NCBI GenBank assembly: GCA_963720545.1
Contig: OY970399.1
Span: 224,001 to 288,000 of the forward strand
Reading direction: 5' to 3'
Origin: an uncultured Acidobacteriota bacterium
Lineage (GTDB): Bacteria > Acidobacteriota > Vicinamibacteria > Fen-336
DNA: 64,000 bases
Positions 23,201 to 33,660 of the stretch are shown here, piece after piece. The notes under the pieces were generated by a model that was not told where the DNA came from, ran no database searches, and saw only the letters and a list, made by a program, of their open reading frames with translations. The number at the start of each line of letters is the position of its first letter. Within the stretch, counting starts at the first letter, position 1. The translations under genes and the position numbers were made by a program.

Positions 23201-26200
23201 ATGGCGACCTCCACCGATTTCGTCCACCTCCACCTGCACAGCGAATACAGCCTGCTCGACGGGGCGTGTCATATCGACGAGCTGGCGAGCGAGGCGGCGC
23301 GCATGGGTATGCGCGCCATGGCGCTCACCGATCACGGCAACATGTTCGGGGCGGTGGCGTTTCACGATGCCTGCCGCGATGCCGGCATCAAGCCAATCCT
23401 CGGCTGCGAGATCTACGTTGCGACCGGCAGCCGGCATGAGCGCAATGCCTCCTCCATCTCCGACGTGTACAACCACCTCACGTTGCTGGCCGCCAGCGAG
23501 GAGGGCTATCACAACCTCGTGAAGCTCGTTTCGATCGGCTACCTCGAGGGCTTCTATCACCGGCCGCGCATAGACAAGGAAGTTCTGGCGAAACACGGCG
23601 CCGGGCTCATCGGGCTCTCCGGCTGTCTCAGCAGCGAGATCTCGAGCCACCTGCTGGCGGGCAACGAGCAGGCGGCCTTGAGGGCGGCGGGGGAGTTCTC
23701 CGACATCTTCGGCAAGGACCGCTTCTACCTCGAGGTGATGGATCACGGCATCGAGGCGCAGCGGCGCGTCAACGGCGCGCTCTATCGCATGGCGCTGCGC
23801 GAGAGCCTGCCCCTGGTGGCGACCAACGACGCGCATTACCTGAAGCGCGACGACCACCACGCCCACGACGTGCTGCTTTGCATCGGTTCCGGCAAGAAGG
23901 TGAGCGATGCCGAGCGGCTGCGCTTCGACGGCAACGAGTTCTACCTGAAGACTCCGGCGGAGATGGCTGCGCTCTTTCCCGAACACCCGGAAGCGCTTGC
24001 CAACACCGTGCGCATCGCCGAGATGGTCGACTTCACGCTCAAGGCCACGGGCTCGCTGCCCGCGTTCACGGTGCCCGAGGCGTTCTCGACCGACTCCTAC
24101 TTCGAACAGGTGGCGCGGGACGGCTTCTCGGGGCGGCTCAAGGTGCTCGAGCCTCTGGCCGCGGCGGGGCGGCTGCGCTATCCGATTTCGGTCTACGAAG
24201 AGAGGCTCACCAAGGAGATCGGCGTCATCCAGCGCGTCGGCTTCTCGGGTTATTTCCTCATCGTCTGGGATTTCATCCGCTACGCGCGCGAGAACCTCAT
24301 CCCGGTGGGGCCGGGCCGCGGCTCGGCCGCCGGCAGCCTGGTCGCGTACGCGCTCAAGATCACCGATATCGACCCCATCGAGTACGACCTCATCTTCGAG
24401 CGCTTCCTCAACGAGGAACGCATCAGCCCGCCCGACATCGACATCGACTTCTGCGAAGCGCGCCGCTCCGAGGTCATCGACTACGTCACGCGCAAGTACG
24501 GCCGCGAAAACGTCGCCCAGATCATCACCTTCGGCACCATGAAGGCGCGCGCTGTGGTACGCGACGTCGGCCGCGTCATGGACCTGCCGTACGCCGAGGT
24601 GGACCGCATCGCCAAGATGATCCCGCCCGACCTCAAGATGACGCTCGCCAAGGCGCTCGACGAATCGCAGATGCTGAAGGAGGCCTACCAGGCGGACGCG
24701 CAGGTGCGCGAGCTCATCGACGTGTCGCGGCGCCTCGAGGGCACCACCCGACACGCCTCGACGCACGCGGCGGGCGTCGTCATCGCACCGCGGCCGCTGC
24801 AGGAGATGGTGCCGCTCGCGCAGTTCAAGGGCACCCAGGGCGAGGTCACGACCCAGTACGACATGAAGGGCGTCGAGCGCATCGGCCTGCTGAAGATGGA
24901 CTTCCTCGGCCTGCGCACGCTCACGCTCATCGACAACTGCGTGAAGATGATCGCGGCGCGCACCGGCCAGGTCATCGACCCCGGCACCATCCCGCTCGAC
25001 GACGCGCGCACCTTCGAGATGTTCACGCAGGGCCGCACCAGCGGACTGTTCCAGTTCGAGTCGGATGGCATGCGCGACATCCTGCGCCGCTTCCGTCCGG
25101 CCGAGCTCGAGCACCTCACGGCGCTGAATGCCCTCTATCGCCCCGGCCCGATGCAGATGATCGACGACTTCATCAAGCGCCGCCACGGCCAGACGAAGGT
25201 GGTGTTCGAGCACCCGCTGCTGGAGCCGATCCTCAAGGGGACCTACGGCGTCATGGTGTACCAGGAGCAGGTCATGCAAATCGCCTCGGCGCTCGCCGGC
25301 TTCACGCTCGGCGAGGCCGACATCCTGCGCAAGGCGATGGGCAAGAAGAACGCCCAGGTGATGGGCAAGCAGATGGACAAGTTCCTCTCCGGCTGCGCGT
25401 CGCGCGGGGTCAACGAGAAGAAGGCGCGCAGGATCTGGGACCAGATGGAGCAGTTCGCGGGCTACGGCTTCAACAAATCGCACTCGGCGGCCTATGCGTG
25501 GCTCGCGTACCAGACGGCCTACTTCAAGAGCAACCATCCGGCGTGCTTCATGGCGGCACTGCTCACCTCCGAGCGCGCCAACACCGACCGCATGGTGCTC
25601 TACATCGGCGAGTGCCGCGAGATGAAGCTCGACGTGCTGCCGCCGGACGTCAACGAGTCCGACCTGTTCTTCAGCGTGGTGGGCGGGGACACGGGCCAGA
25701 TCCGCTTCGGCATGTCGGCGATCAAGAACGTCGGCGAGGGAGCTGTGGAGGCGGTGCTGCGGGCGCGCGCCGCTGGCCCCTTCACCTCGCTCACCGACTT
25801 GTGCGAGCGCATCGACCTGCGCGCCGTCAACCGGCGCGTCATCGAGAGCTTCATCAAGAGCGGCTGCCTCGACTCGCTCGACAAGCGCCGGGCAAGCTTG
25901 TACGCCGCGATCGACCGGGCGCTCGAAGCGGGGCAGCGCCGCCAGCGCGACCACGAGCAGGGCCAGCACAGCCTGTTCGGCATGCTCGCGGAAGATCACG
26001 CCGAAAAGGGCGCGCCCGCCGAGCGGCTGCCGATCGTTCCCGACTGGGGCGAGGGCGACCGGCTCGCTTTCGAGAAGGAATCGCTCGGCTTCTTCATCAC
26101 CGGCCATCCGCTGATGCGCCACCGCGATGAGCTGAGCCGCTGGGCCAACGCCACCTGCGCGCGGCTCGCGGCGCTCACCGAACCGGCGGAAGTGACGATC

Positions 26201-26695
26201 GGCGGGCTCATCACCTCGCTGCGCCTCATCAAGACGCGGCGCGGCGACCGCATGGCCACGTTCGTCCTCGAAGACCTGGACGGCAGCGTCGAGGTGCTGA
26301 TCTTTCCCGAGACCTACAAGAAGGTGGGCGCGCGCCTCGCCGAGGACGAGATCGTCATGGTGAAGGGCAAGGCGGAGCCGGTGGACGACGGCAAGACCCG
26401 CCTCCTGTGCTCAGAGCTGCAGCTGCTCGAGGACGCCAAGCGCACCGATGCGCGCCACGTGCGTGTCGAGGTGCGCGCCTGGGACAAGGACAAGGCGCAA
26501 AGGCTGCGCGATATACTGGAATCGCACCGCGGCGACTGCCCCGTGACGCTGGGACTGCGGGCGGGAGGCTACGACGTGGTGGTGCACACCATGCCCGGCT
26601 TGAGCGTGCGCCCGGATCGGGCCTTCAGCGAGGAAATCGGCGCGCTGTTCGGTCCCGAGGCCCTGGTCCTCGCGCGGACCACGGAGATTTCTTGA
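23201..26695 (+). CDS. dnaE: DNA polymerase III alpha subunit
   Basis: FVHLHLHSEYSLLDG, GPGRGSAAGS, PDIDIDF, KMDFLGL, YGFNKSHS. Confidence 0.98.
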   Translation: MATSTDFVHLHLHSEYSLLDGACHIDELASEAARMGMRAMALTDHGNMFGAVAFHDACRDAGIKPILGCEIYVATGSRHERNASSISDVYNHLTLLAASEEGYHNLVKLVSIGYLEGFYHRPRIDKEVLAKHGAGLIGLSGCLSSEISSHLLAGNEQAALRAAGEFSDIFGKDRFYLEVMDHGIEAQRRVNGALYRMALRESLPLVATNDAHYLKRDDHHAHDVLLCIGSGKKVSDAERLRFDGNEFYLKTPAEMAALFPEHPEALANTVRIAEMVDFTLKATGSLPAFTVPEAFSTDSYFEQVARDGFSGRLKVLEPLAAAGRLRYPISVYEERLTKEIGVIQRVGFSGYFLIVWDFIRYARENLIPVGPGRGSAAGSLVAYALKITDIDPIEYDLIFERFLNEERISPPDIDIDFCEARRSEVIDYVTRKYGRENVAQIITFGTMKARAVVRDVGRVMDLPYAEVDRIAKMIPPDLKMTLAKALDESQMLKEAYQADAQVRELIDVSRRLEGTTRHASTHAAGVVIAPRPLQEMVPLAQFKGTQGEVTTQYDMKGVERIGLLKMDFLGLRTLTLIDNCVKMIAARTGQVIDPGTIPLDDARTFEMFTQGRTSGLFQFESDGMRDILRRFRPAELEHLTALNALYRPGPMQMIDDFIKRRHGQTKVVFEHPLLEPILKGTYGVMVYQEQVMQIASALAGFTLGEADILRKAMGKKNAQVMGKQMDKFLSGCASRGVNEKKARRIWDQMEQFAGYGFNKSHSAAYAWLAYQTAYFKSNHPACFMAALLTSERANTDRMVLYIGECREMKLDVLPPDVNESDLFFSVVGGDTGQIRFGMSAIKNVGEGAVEAVLRARAAGPFTSLTDLCERIDLRAVNRRVIESFIKSGCLDSLDKRRASLYAAIDRALEAGQRRQRDHEQGQHSLFGMLAEDHAEKGAPAERLPIVPDWGEGDRLAFEKESLGFFITGHPLMRHRDELSRWANATCARLAALTEPAEVTIGGLITSLRLIKTRRGDRMATFVLEDLDGSVEVLIFPETYKKVGARLAEDEIVMVKGKAEPVDDGKTRLLCSELQLLEDAKRTDARHVRVEVRAWDKDKAQRLRDILESHRGDCPVTLGLRAGGYDVVVHTMPGLSVRPDRAFSEEIGALFGPEALVLARTTEIS

Positions 26696-27657
26696 GCGAT
26701 TTCGAGGCGCCGCTTCACGAACTGCAGAAGAGGATCGCCGAGCTGGCGGCGTTTCCCGGCGACCCGGCCAGGGAAAAGGAGGCCGCGGCCCTGAGCGCCG
26801 AGCTCCTCGCCCTGCGGCGCGAGGTGTTCGCCGGCCTGACGCCGTGGCAGAAGACCCTCGTGGCCCGGAACCCCAACCGGCCCTACACGCTCGACTTCGT
26901 CCAGGCGCTGTTCACCGATTTCACCGAGCTGCACGGCGATCGCCGTTTCGGCGACGACGAGGCGCTCGTTTGCGGCTTCGCGCGCTTCGACGGGCGGCCG
27001 GTCGCGGTGCTCGGCCACCAGAAGGGGCGCGACACCAAGCAGAAGATCCGGCGCAACTTCGGCATGCCCAAGCCCGAGGGCTACCGCAAGGCGCTGCGGG
27101 TGATGCAGCTCGCCGCCAAGTTCAAGCGCCCGATCATCGCCTTCGTCGACACGCCGGGTGCCTATCCCGGCATCGACGCCGAAGAGCGCGGCCAGGCGGA
27201 GGCGATCGCCTACAACCTGCGCGAGATGGCGCGCCTGGCGGTGCCCATCATCGTCACCGTCACCGGCGAGGGCGGCAGCGGTGGCGCCCTCGCCATCGCC
27301 GTCGGCGACCGCGTCAACATGTTCGAGCACTCCGTCTACTCGGTGATTTCACCCGAAGGCTGCGCGTCCATCCTGTGGCGCGACGCGGGCCGCGCCGAGG
27401 AAGCGGCAACCGCGATGCGCATCACCGCCTCCGACCTGAAGGCTCTCGGGGTGGTGGACGAGATCGTGCCCGAGCCCGCCGGCGGCGCACATGTCGACCA
27501 CGACGAGATGTTCGACACGCTCGGCAAGCTGCTGCGCACGCAGCTCAAGGCGCTCACCACGGCTTCGCCAGCCGAGCTGCTCGACGATCGTTACGCGAAG
27601 TTCCGCGCCATGGGACGGCTCGGGCAGGAATTCGCGCGCCTGACGCCGCCCGCTTGA
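26692..27657 (+). CDS. accA: Acetyl-CoA carboxylase carboxyltransferase alpha
   Basis: DFEAPL, ELHGDR, RNFGMPKPEGYRKA, GEGGSGGALA, SVISPEG; TTG overlaps the dnaE stop. Confidence 0.96.
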   Translation: MSDFEAPLHELQKRIAELAAFPGDPAREKEAAALSAELLALRREVFAGLTPWQKTLVARNPNRPYTLDFVQALFTDFTELHGDRRFGDDEALVCGFARFDGRPVAVLGHQKGRDTKQKIRRNFGMPKPEGYRKALRVMQLAAKFKRPIIAFVDTPGAYPGIDAEERGQAEAIAYNLREMARLAVPIIVTVTGEGGSGGALAIAVGDRVNMFEHSVYSVISPEGCASILWRDAGRAEEAATAMRITASDLKALGVVDEIVPEPAGGAHVDHDEMFDTLGKLLRTQLKALTTASPAELLDDRYAKFRAMGRLGQEFARLTPPA

Positions 27658-27661
27658 CCGC

Positions 27662-29761
27662 ATGAAGCGGTCCACCCTCTGGGCCGTCCGGCTGCTGATG
27701 GTCGCGATCGTCGCCGCGGTGGCGGTGATGGTGCGGCACAGCTTCAAGGCCAGGAGCGTCGCCCAGCCGTCGCCGACTCCGCAGGCCGCGGCGAGCGCCG
27801 CCCCGACTCCGCCGCCCGGCGGCACCGGCATGTGGCTGAGCGGCTTCAACTACGAGCGGTTCGACGACAACGGCCGCGCCACCAAGATCCGCGCCGCCCT
27901 CTACCGCGACGGCGAGAAGGACGAGATCCTGTTGCGCCAGGTGGAGGTGGACTTCGCGTACGTGGCGCAGGGGAAGCCGGGCACCACCCACATCAACTCC
28001 GACGAAGCCGTGATGATCCCGAAGATCAACAAGGGCGACTTCAAGGGCCACGTGGTGCTGACCACGGAGGAACCGGTACCGACGCGCGACGGCGAGACGC
28101 AGAAGGGCTTCGAGGTGCGTACCGAACAGCTCATCTATCGCGGCGACAAGGGCGTGGCGCGCAGCGAAGCGCCGGTGACCTTTCGCCGCAAGGACGTCTC
28201 GGGCAGTTCGCGCGGCCTCGTCTACAACGCCGAGAAAGGCACCATCGAGTTTCCGGCGGACGCCTACATCCGCATCGACGACGAGAAGGTCGGGGCCACC
28301 GAGATCCGCAGCCAGAAAGCATTCGTGAACCGTGCCAACGGTGTGATGAAGTTCGAGGATTCGGTGCGCCTCGTGCACGGCGCCGAGACGCTCAACTGCA
28401 AGAACCTGCTGGTGGGCTACGCCGAGGACACTCTCGCCATCAACCGCCTGCAGGCGGTGGACAACGTGGTGATGAGGATCTCCGGCAACACGGTGCTGCC
28501 CGGCACCAGCACGCCGCTCATGGGCAAGGGTTCGCGCATCATCACCGCCGACCGGCTGTTTGCCCTGTTCCGGCCCGACCGCACCTTGCAGGAGGTCACG
28601 GCCCTCGACAACGCGAAGCTGACTCTGACGCCGCCGCCGGGCGATGCGGGCGACGCGATGGAGCTGGGCGGCGGCACGCTCGGGTTCACCTTCGATGCCA
28701 AGGGCCAGCTGACCGAGCTGCAGTCGACCAAGGGCGCGTCCTTCGCGAGCCGCAGCACCGCGAAACCGCCGACCGGCACGCCGTTGCGCATCGACAGCCA
28801 GCGGCTGACGGTGCGCGTCGATCCGCCCACCGGGCAGATGAAAATGATGCTGTTCGAGCGCGACGTGAAGCTGGCGCGCGGCACGCAGGCGGCCACCAGC
28901 GGCCGCGCCCGCTACGAACTCGCCGAGGGCACGCTGGAACTCCTCGACACGCCGAAGATGAGCGATTCCGGCGAGGGTTCGGAGCTGGCCGGCAACGCGC
29001 TGGTGCTCGAGACGCGCACCCAGAACCTCAAGGCGCGCAACAACGTGCGCCAGTCGACGTCGCCGAAGAAGGATGCCGGTGGACCGTTCGGCTCGGCCAC
29101 CGCCAGGACCGTGATCACCGCGTCGACATTCGAATACGACGGCGCGAAAAAGCTGGCGAACTATCGCGGCGGCGTCCTGCTCCGTTCGGGAAGCGACGAG
29201 ATTCGTGCGCGCGAGGTGTCGATCGAGGACCAGGGCGAGAACGCCCGTCTGCTGAAGGCCGCCGGCCAGGTTGCGGCGACCATGGGCACGAAGGGCGGCG
29301 GCCCGGGCGGCAAGGACTCGGAAGATTCGAGCGTTGCGAGCCGCTCCGAGACGCTCGACTACGACGAGGCGAAGCACAGCCTGGCCTACAGCGGCGACGT
29401 GACCTTGCTGATGGGGGAGCTGCGGACCCGATCCCCCAACGCCCATGTGGACCTCGACGAGGCCGGGACCTCGGTGCGCGAGCTGCGGGCCTGGGAACCG
29501 GTGGACGCCACCCAGGAAAAACGGCTCGTGAAGGGCCAGAAACTCGTGTACACGCCCGCACAGAAGAGCGTTACGGTTACTGGTAAGCTCGTTTCTTTCA
29601 AGGATTTAGAGCGAGAAATGCAGGGCAAGGTGCTGACTTTCTTCATGGGGGACGACAACCGCATCATCGTGGACGGGCGGGAACTTGGCCGCACCGAAAC
29701 GGTGATCCGCCCGAAGGAGTCTCCAAAGCCGTCCCCCTCACCCACTCCGGCCGCCCATTGA
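27662..29761 (+). CDS. lptC: LPS transport periplasmic bridge protein, LptC/LptA (OstA-like) multi-domain fusion
   Basis: N-terminal TM anchor, then repeated beta-jellyroll-like segments (TEQLIY, SEAPVTF, YSGDVTL); directly upstream of lptB. Confidence 0.75.
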   Translation: MKRSTLWAVRLLMVAIVAAVAVMVRHSFKARSVAQPSPTPQAAASAAPTPPPGGTGMWLSGFNYERFDDNGRATKIRAALYRDGEKDEILLRQVEVDFAYVAQGKPGTTHINSDEAVMIPKINKGDFKGHVVLTTEEPVPTRDGETQKGFEVRTEQLIYRGDKGVARSEAPVTFRRKDVSGSSRGLVYNAEKGTIEFPADAYIRIDDEKVGATEIRSQKAFVNRANGVMKFEDSVRLVHGAETLNCKNLLVGYAEDTLAINRLQAVDNVVMRISGNTVLPGTSTPLMGKGSRIITADRLFALFRPDRTLQEVTALDNAKLTLTPPPGDAGDAMELGGGTLGFTFDAKGQLTELQSTKGASFASRSTAKPPTGTPLRIDSQRLTVRVDPPTGQMKMMLFERDVKLARGTQAATSGRARYELAEGTLELLDTPKMSDSGEGSELAGNALVLETRTQNLKARNNVRQSTSPKKDAGGPFGSATARTVITASTFEYDGAKKLANYRGGVLLRSGSDEIRAREVSIEDQGENARLLKAAGQVAATMGTKGGGPGGKDSEDSSVASRSETLDYDEAKHSLAYSGDVTLLMGELRTRSPNAHVDLDEAGTSVRELRAWEPVDATQEKRLVKGQKLVYTPAQKSVTVTGKLVSFKDLEREMQGKVLTFFMGDDNRIIVDGRELGRTETVIRPKESPKPSPSPTPAAH

Positions 29762-30531
29762 GCGAAACAGCTCCGTCCCCGCCGGCGAGGCTGGCGCCCC
29801 CCGGGGTGAAGGTGCTGGAGGCGCGTCAGCTCACCAAGTCCTATGGCCGCCGGGTGGTGGTGCGCAGCGTCGACCTGCACGTGCGCACCGGCGAGGTGGT
29901 CGGCCTGCTCGGCCCCAATGGTGCTGGCAAGACCACGACCTTCTACATGTGCGTCGGGCTCACCCGGCCCGACAGCGGCCAGGTGTTCCTCGGCACGGAG
30001 GACATCACGGCGCTGCCGATGTACATGCGGGCGCGTTACGGCATCGGCTACCTGCCGCAGGAAGCGAGCATCTTCCGCGGCCTGACGACCGAACAGAACG
30101 TGCTTGCGGTGCTCGAGACCCGCGGCCTCGACCACGCCGCGCAGCGCCGCCGCTGCGGCCAGCTGCTCGAGGAACTGGGCATTGCCGCCCATGCCCGCCA
30201 GGCGTCCTACACGCTTTCGGGAGGCGAGCGCCGCCGCCTCGAGATCGCCCGCGCGCTGGCTGCCGACCCGTCCTTCATCCTGCTCGACGAGCCGTTCGCC
30301 GGCATCGACCCGCTGGCGCTCGAGGACCTGCAGGACATCATCGCGCACCTCAAGGACCGCGGCATCGGCGTGCTGATCACCGACCACAACGTCCGCGAGA
30401 CCCTCAAGATCACCGACCGCGCCTACATCCTGCGCGAAGGCGAACGCTTTCGCGCCGGCACCCCGAAGGAACTGGCGAGCGACGAGGAAGTGCGCCGCGT
30501 CTACCTCGGCGAAGGCTTCAAGCTCCACTAG
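29758..30531 (+). CDS. lptB: LPS export ABC transporter ATPase
   Basis: [53 protein letters not shown]. Confidence 0.97.
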   Translation: MSETAPSPPARLAPPGVKVLEARQLTKSYGRRVVVRSVDLHVRTGEVVGLLGPNGAGKTTTFYMCVGLTRPDSGQVFLGTEDITALPMYMRARYGIGYLPQEASIFRGLTTEQNVLAVLETRGLDHAAQRRRCGQLLEELGIAAHARQASYTLSGGERRRLEIARALAADPSFILLDEPFAGIDPLALEDLQDIIAHLKDRGIGVLITDHNVRETLKITDRAYILREGERFRAGTPKELASDEEVRRVYLGEGFKLH

Positions 30532-30546
30532 AATTTCACAGCAACC

Positions 30547-31971
30547 GTGGCGATGAACCAGAAACTCGGCCTGCAGGCGCGGATGTCGCAGCGCCTCGTC
30601 CTGACGCCGTCGCTGCAGCAGGCGATCAAGCTGCTGCCGCTGACGACGCTGGAGCTCGCCGACGTCCTCGAGCAGGAGGTGATGGAGAACCCGCTGCTCG
30701 AGGAGGCGCCGCCGGAGGCGCCCGGCCCCGACGAGGCGACCGCCGAGGACGCGCCCGCCGAGGAGCGCAAGGACTCGCTCGACGAGATCGACGTCGACAA
30801 GTTCTTCGAGGACTACATCGAGGACAGCTACGAGAGCCGGCCGATGCCGTCGTCCGACATCCCCGAGGCGCCGCCCATCGAGAACACGCTGGTCGAGTCG
30901 CCCGACCTCTACGACCACCTGTTGTGGCAGCTGCGCATGACCGCCGCCGACGAACTGATCCAGGAAATCGGCGTGTGCATCATCGAGAACCTCGACGAGG
31001 ACGGCCTGCTGCGCGCTACCGACGAGGAGATCGCGAACCTCGGCCCGTACCCGCCCGCGGACGTCGCGCGAGCGCTCGCCCTGGTGCAGTCGCTCGACCC
31101 GCCCGGCGTCGCCGCGCGCGACTTGCAGGAATGCCTGCGCCTGCAGCTGCGGCGCTCCGGGCTCGCGGACTCGATGACCGACGTGATCGTCCGCGACCAC
31201 ATGAAGCACCTGCAGAACCACCAGTACGGCGAGATCACGAGGGCGCTCGGCCTCGGCCCCGACGAGATCGCGGCGCACCTGGAGATCATCCGCCACCTCG
31301 ATCCCAAGCCCGGTGCGCGCTACAGCCCGACGCGCTCCAACTACGTGGTGCCCGACGTCTACGTGGTGAAGGAGGGCGACGACTACAAGGTGGCGCTCAA
31401 CGACGACAGCCTGCCACGCCTGCGCATCAGCCCCACCTACAAGCGCATGCTCGATAACAAGGAGCCGGGCTCGGAAGCGACCCGCGACTACGTCAAGGAC
31501 AAGCTGCGCAGCGCCTTGTGGCTGCTGAAGAGCGTCGACCAGCGGCAGCGCACCATCTTCCGCGTCTCCGAGTCGATCGTGCGCCACCAGCGCGCCTTCC
31601 TCGACCACGGCCTCGAGCAGCTGCGGCCGCTGGTGCTGCGCGACGTCGCCAACGACATCGGCATGCACGAGTCGACCGTGTCGCGGGTGGTGGCGAACAA
31701 GTACATGCACACGCCGCGCGGCGTCTACGAGCTGCGCTTCTTCTTCCACAGCGGCATCACCTCGACGGTGGGCGAGGCGGTCAGCTCGGTGACCATCAAG
31801 GACAAGATCCGCAGGATGATCGAGGCCGAGGACCAGGCGCGGCCGCTGTCCGACTCGCGCATCGCCGAACTGTTGTCGCGCGAGGGGCTGAAGCTGGCGC
31901 GGCGGACCGTGGCGAAGTACCGTGAAGAGATCCGGCTGCCGCCGTCGAACCTGCGGCGTTCGGTCGGCTGA
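30547..31971 (+). CDS. rpoN: RNA polymerase sigma-54 factor
   Basis: LQQAIKLL, HESTVSR, RpoN box ARRTVAKYRE. Confidence 0.98.
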   Translation: MAMNQKLGLQARMSQRLVLTPSLQQAIKLLPLTTLELADVLEQEVMENPLLEEAPPEAPGPDEATAEDAPAEERKDSLDEIDVDKFFEDYIEDSYESRPMPSSDIPEAPPIENTLVESPDLYDHLLWQLRMTAADELIQEIGVCIIENLDEDGLLRATDEEIANLGPYPPADVARALALVQSLDPPGVAARDLQECLRLQLRRSGLADSMTDVIVRDHMKHLQNHQYGEITRALGLGPDEIAAHLEIIRHLDPKPGARYSPTRSNYVVPDVYVVKEGDDYKVALNDDSLPRLRISPTYKRMLDNKEPGSEATRDYVKDKLRSALWLLKSVDQRQRTIFRVSESIVRHQRAFLDHGLEQLRPLVLRDVANDIGMHESTVSRVVANKYMHTPRGVYELRFFFHSGITSTVGEAVSSVTIKDKIRRMIEAEDQARPLSDSRIAELLSREGLKLARRTVAKYREEIRLPPSNLRRSVG

Positions 31972-31985
31972 GACTGGAGGGCGGG

Positions 31986-32318
31986 ATGGCAGCGAAGACC
32001 AGCATCGAATACACGGGACGCCATGTCGAGATTCCCGAGTCGGTGAAGCGCCTCGCGGCGCGCAAGCTGCAGAAGCTCGAGAAGGTGCTGGGCGCGGGCA
32101 CCAGCGCGCACGTGGTGCTGGCGATGGAGCGCAGCCGCAGCCAGGCCGAGGTGACCCTGGTCTCGCCACACCTGACACTGCAGGCGAAGGAGCGCGGTGC
32201 CGACTTCGGCGCGGCGCTCACCGCGAGCATGGACAAGCTGGCCCGCCAGGTGCAGACGCGCATCGGCAAGCTGCAGTCGAAGCGCCGCCGCGCTGCCCGC
32301 ACCGGCACCGCCGCCTAG
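31986..32318 (+). CDS. hpf: Ribosome hibernation promoting factor (short HPF/RaiA)
   Basis: IEYTGRH..., DKLARQV; position after rpoN. Confidence 0.85.
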   Translation: MAAKTSIEYTGRHVEIPESVKRLAARKLQKLEKVLGAGTSAHVVLAMERSRSQAEVTLVSPHLTLQAKERGADFGAALTASMDKLARQVQTRIGKLQSKRRRAARTGTAA

Positions 32319-32325
32319 AGCGACC

Positions 32326-33198
32326 GTGCGCCGCGCCGACCGGCATCCCGCCATCCTCGTCATCACCGGCCTCTCGGGGTCGGGGAAGACGCACGTGTCG
32401 CGAGCACTCGAGGACGTCGGCTGGTTCTGCGTCGACAACCTGCCGGTGGCGCTGATCCCGCCGTTCAGCGGCCTGATCCGCGGCCACGACGAGCTGCGCC
32501 GTTCGGCGCTGGTGGTGGACATCCGCGCCCGCGACTTCACCGAGCGCTTTCCGGCGGTTTACAAAGAGCTGCGGCGCCGCGGGGTCGCGGTGGGCCTGCT
32601 GTTCCTCGAAGCCGACGAACGCACATTGGTGCGGCGCTTCAGCGAGACGCGCCGGCCGCACCCGCTCGCCATCAACCAGCCCGCGGTGGACGGCATCCGC
32701 GAGGAGCGCGAGAAGCTGCGGCCCATCCGCACCCTCGCCGACCAGATCCTCGACACTTCCGGGATCACGGTCCACCAGCTGCGCGACTGGGTGCGCGAGC
32801 ACTACGACGTGCGCGCCGAAGCGCCGCCGCTGGTGGTGTCGGTGATGTCGTTCGGCTACAAGTACGGCGTGCCGGCGGAGGCCGACCTGGTGTTCGACGT
32901 GCGCTTCCTGCCGAACCCCAACTTCGTGCGTTCGCTGAAGAAGCTCACCGGCAAGGACGCGCGCGTGGTGCGCTACATCCGCCGCGGGCCCGATGCCGAG
33001 GCGTTCCTGAAGAAGATCGACGCGCTGCTGCGCTTCATGCTGCCGCGCTTCGTCCGCGAGGGCAAAAGCTACCTGACGATCGCGATCGGCTGCACCGGCG
33101 GCCGGCACCGCTCGGTGATGATGGCGGAGGCGCTCGGCGCACGCCTCCGCAAGCGCGGCCTGCCGGTGAACATCCGCCACCGCGACGTGAAGCTGTAG
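32326..33198 (+). CDS. rapZ: RNase adapter RapZ (YvcJ) P-loop protein
   Basis: TGLSGSGKT, VDNLP, SFGYKYG, DVRFLPNP, GCTGGRHRSV. Confidence 0.95.
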   Translation: MRRADRHPAILVITGLSGSGKTHVSRALEDVGWFCVDNLPVALIPPFSGLIRGHDELRRSALVVDIRARDFTERFPAVYKELRRRGVAVGLLFLEADERTLVRRFSETRRPHPLAINQPAVDGIREEREKLRPIRTLADQILDTSGITVHQLRDWVREHYDVRAEAPPLVVSVMSFGYKYGVPAEADLVFDVRFLPNPNFVRSLKKLTGKDARVVRYIRRGPDAEAFLKKIDALLRFMLPRFVREGKSYLTIAIGCTGGRHRSVMMAEALGARLRKRGLPVNIRHRDVKL

Positions 33199-33224
33199 GC
33201 AACGAGGGAAGGAGCGAAACGCGC

Positions 33225-33587
33225 ATGCGCCGGGTCGACAAGCCGTGGGGCCACGAACTCTGGTGGGCGTTCACCGACCGCTACGTCGGCAAGCTCCTGC
33301 ACATCGAGAAGGGCGAGAGCCTGTCTCTGCAGTACCACGAAAAGAAGGACGAGACCATCTGGGTGCAGTCGGGCAGGCTGCTGTTCGAGACGCGCGCGAC
33401 ACCGGCCGACGGGCCGCTCGAGCGCCGCGAGCTGGGCCCGGGCGACGCCTTCCACATCACGCCGTTCACCGTGCACCGCATGACGGCGCTCGAAACCTGC
33501 GACATCCTCGAGGTCTCGACGCCCGAGGTCGAAGACGTGGTCCGCCTCGAAGACCGCTACGGCCGCAAGGGCACCTCCGCCCCCTAG
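33225..33587 (+). CDS. Cupin (mannose-6-phosphate isomerase type II C-terminal-like)
   Basis: KPWGHE, LSLQYH..KDET, VHRM, EVSTPE..DVVRLEDRYGR. Confidence 0.88.
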   Translation: MRRVDKPWGHELWWAFTDRYVGKLLHIEKGESLSLQYHEKKDETIWVQSGRLLFETRATPADGPLERRELGPGDAFHITPFTVHRMTALETCDILEVSTPEVEDVVRLEDRYGRKGTSAP

Positions 33588-33660
33588 CGTTACTCGCGGT
33601 AGTCGAGCGGCGGGTGGCGCTCGCCGACCAGCGACCGATACACCAACTCTCGCGGCCGGT

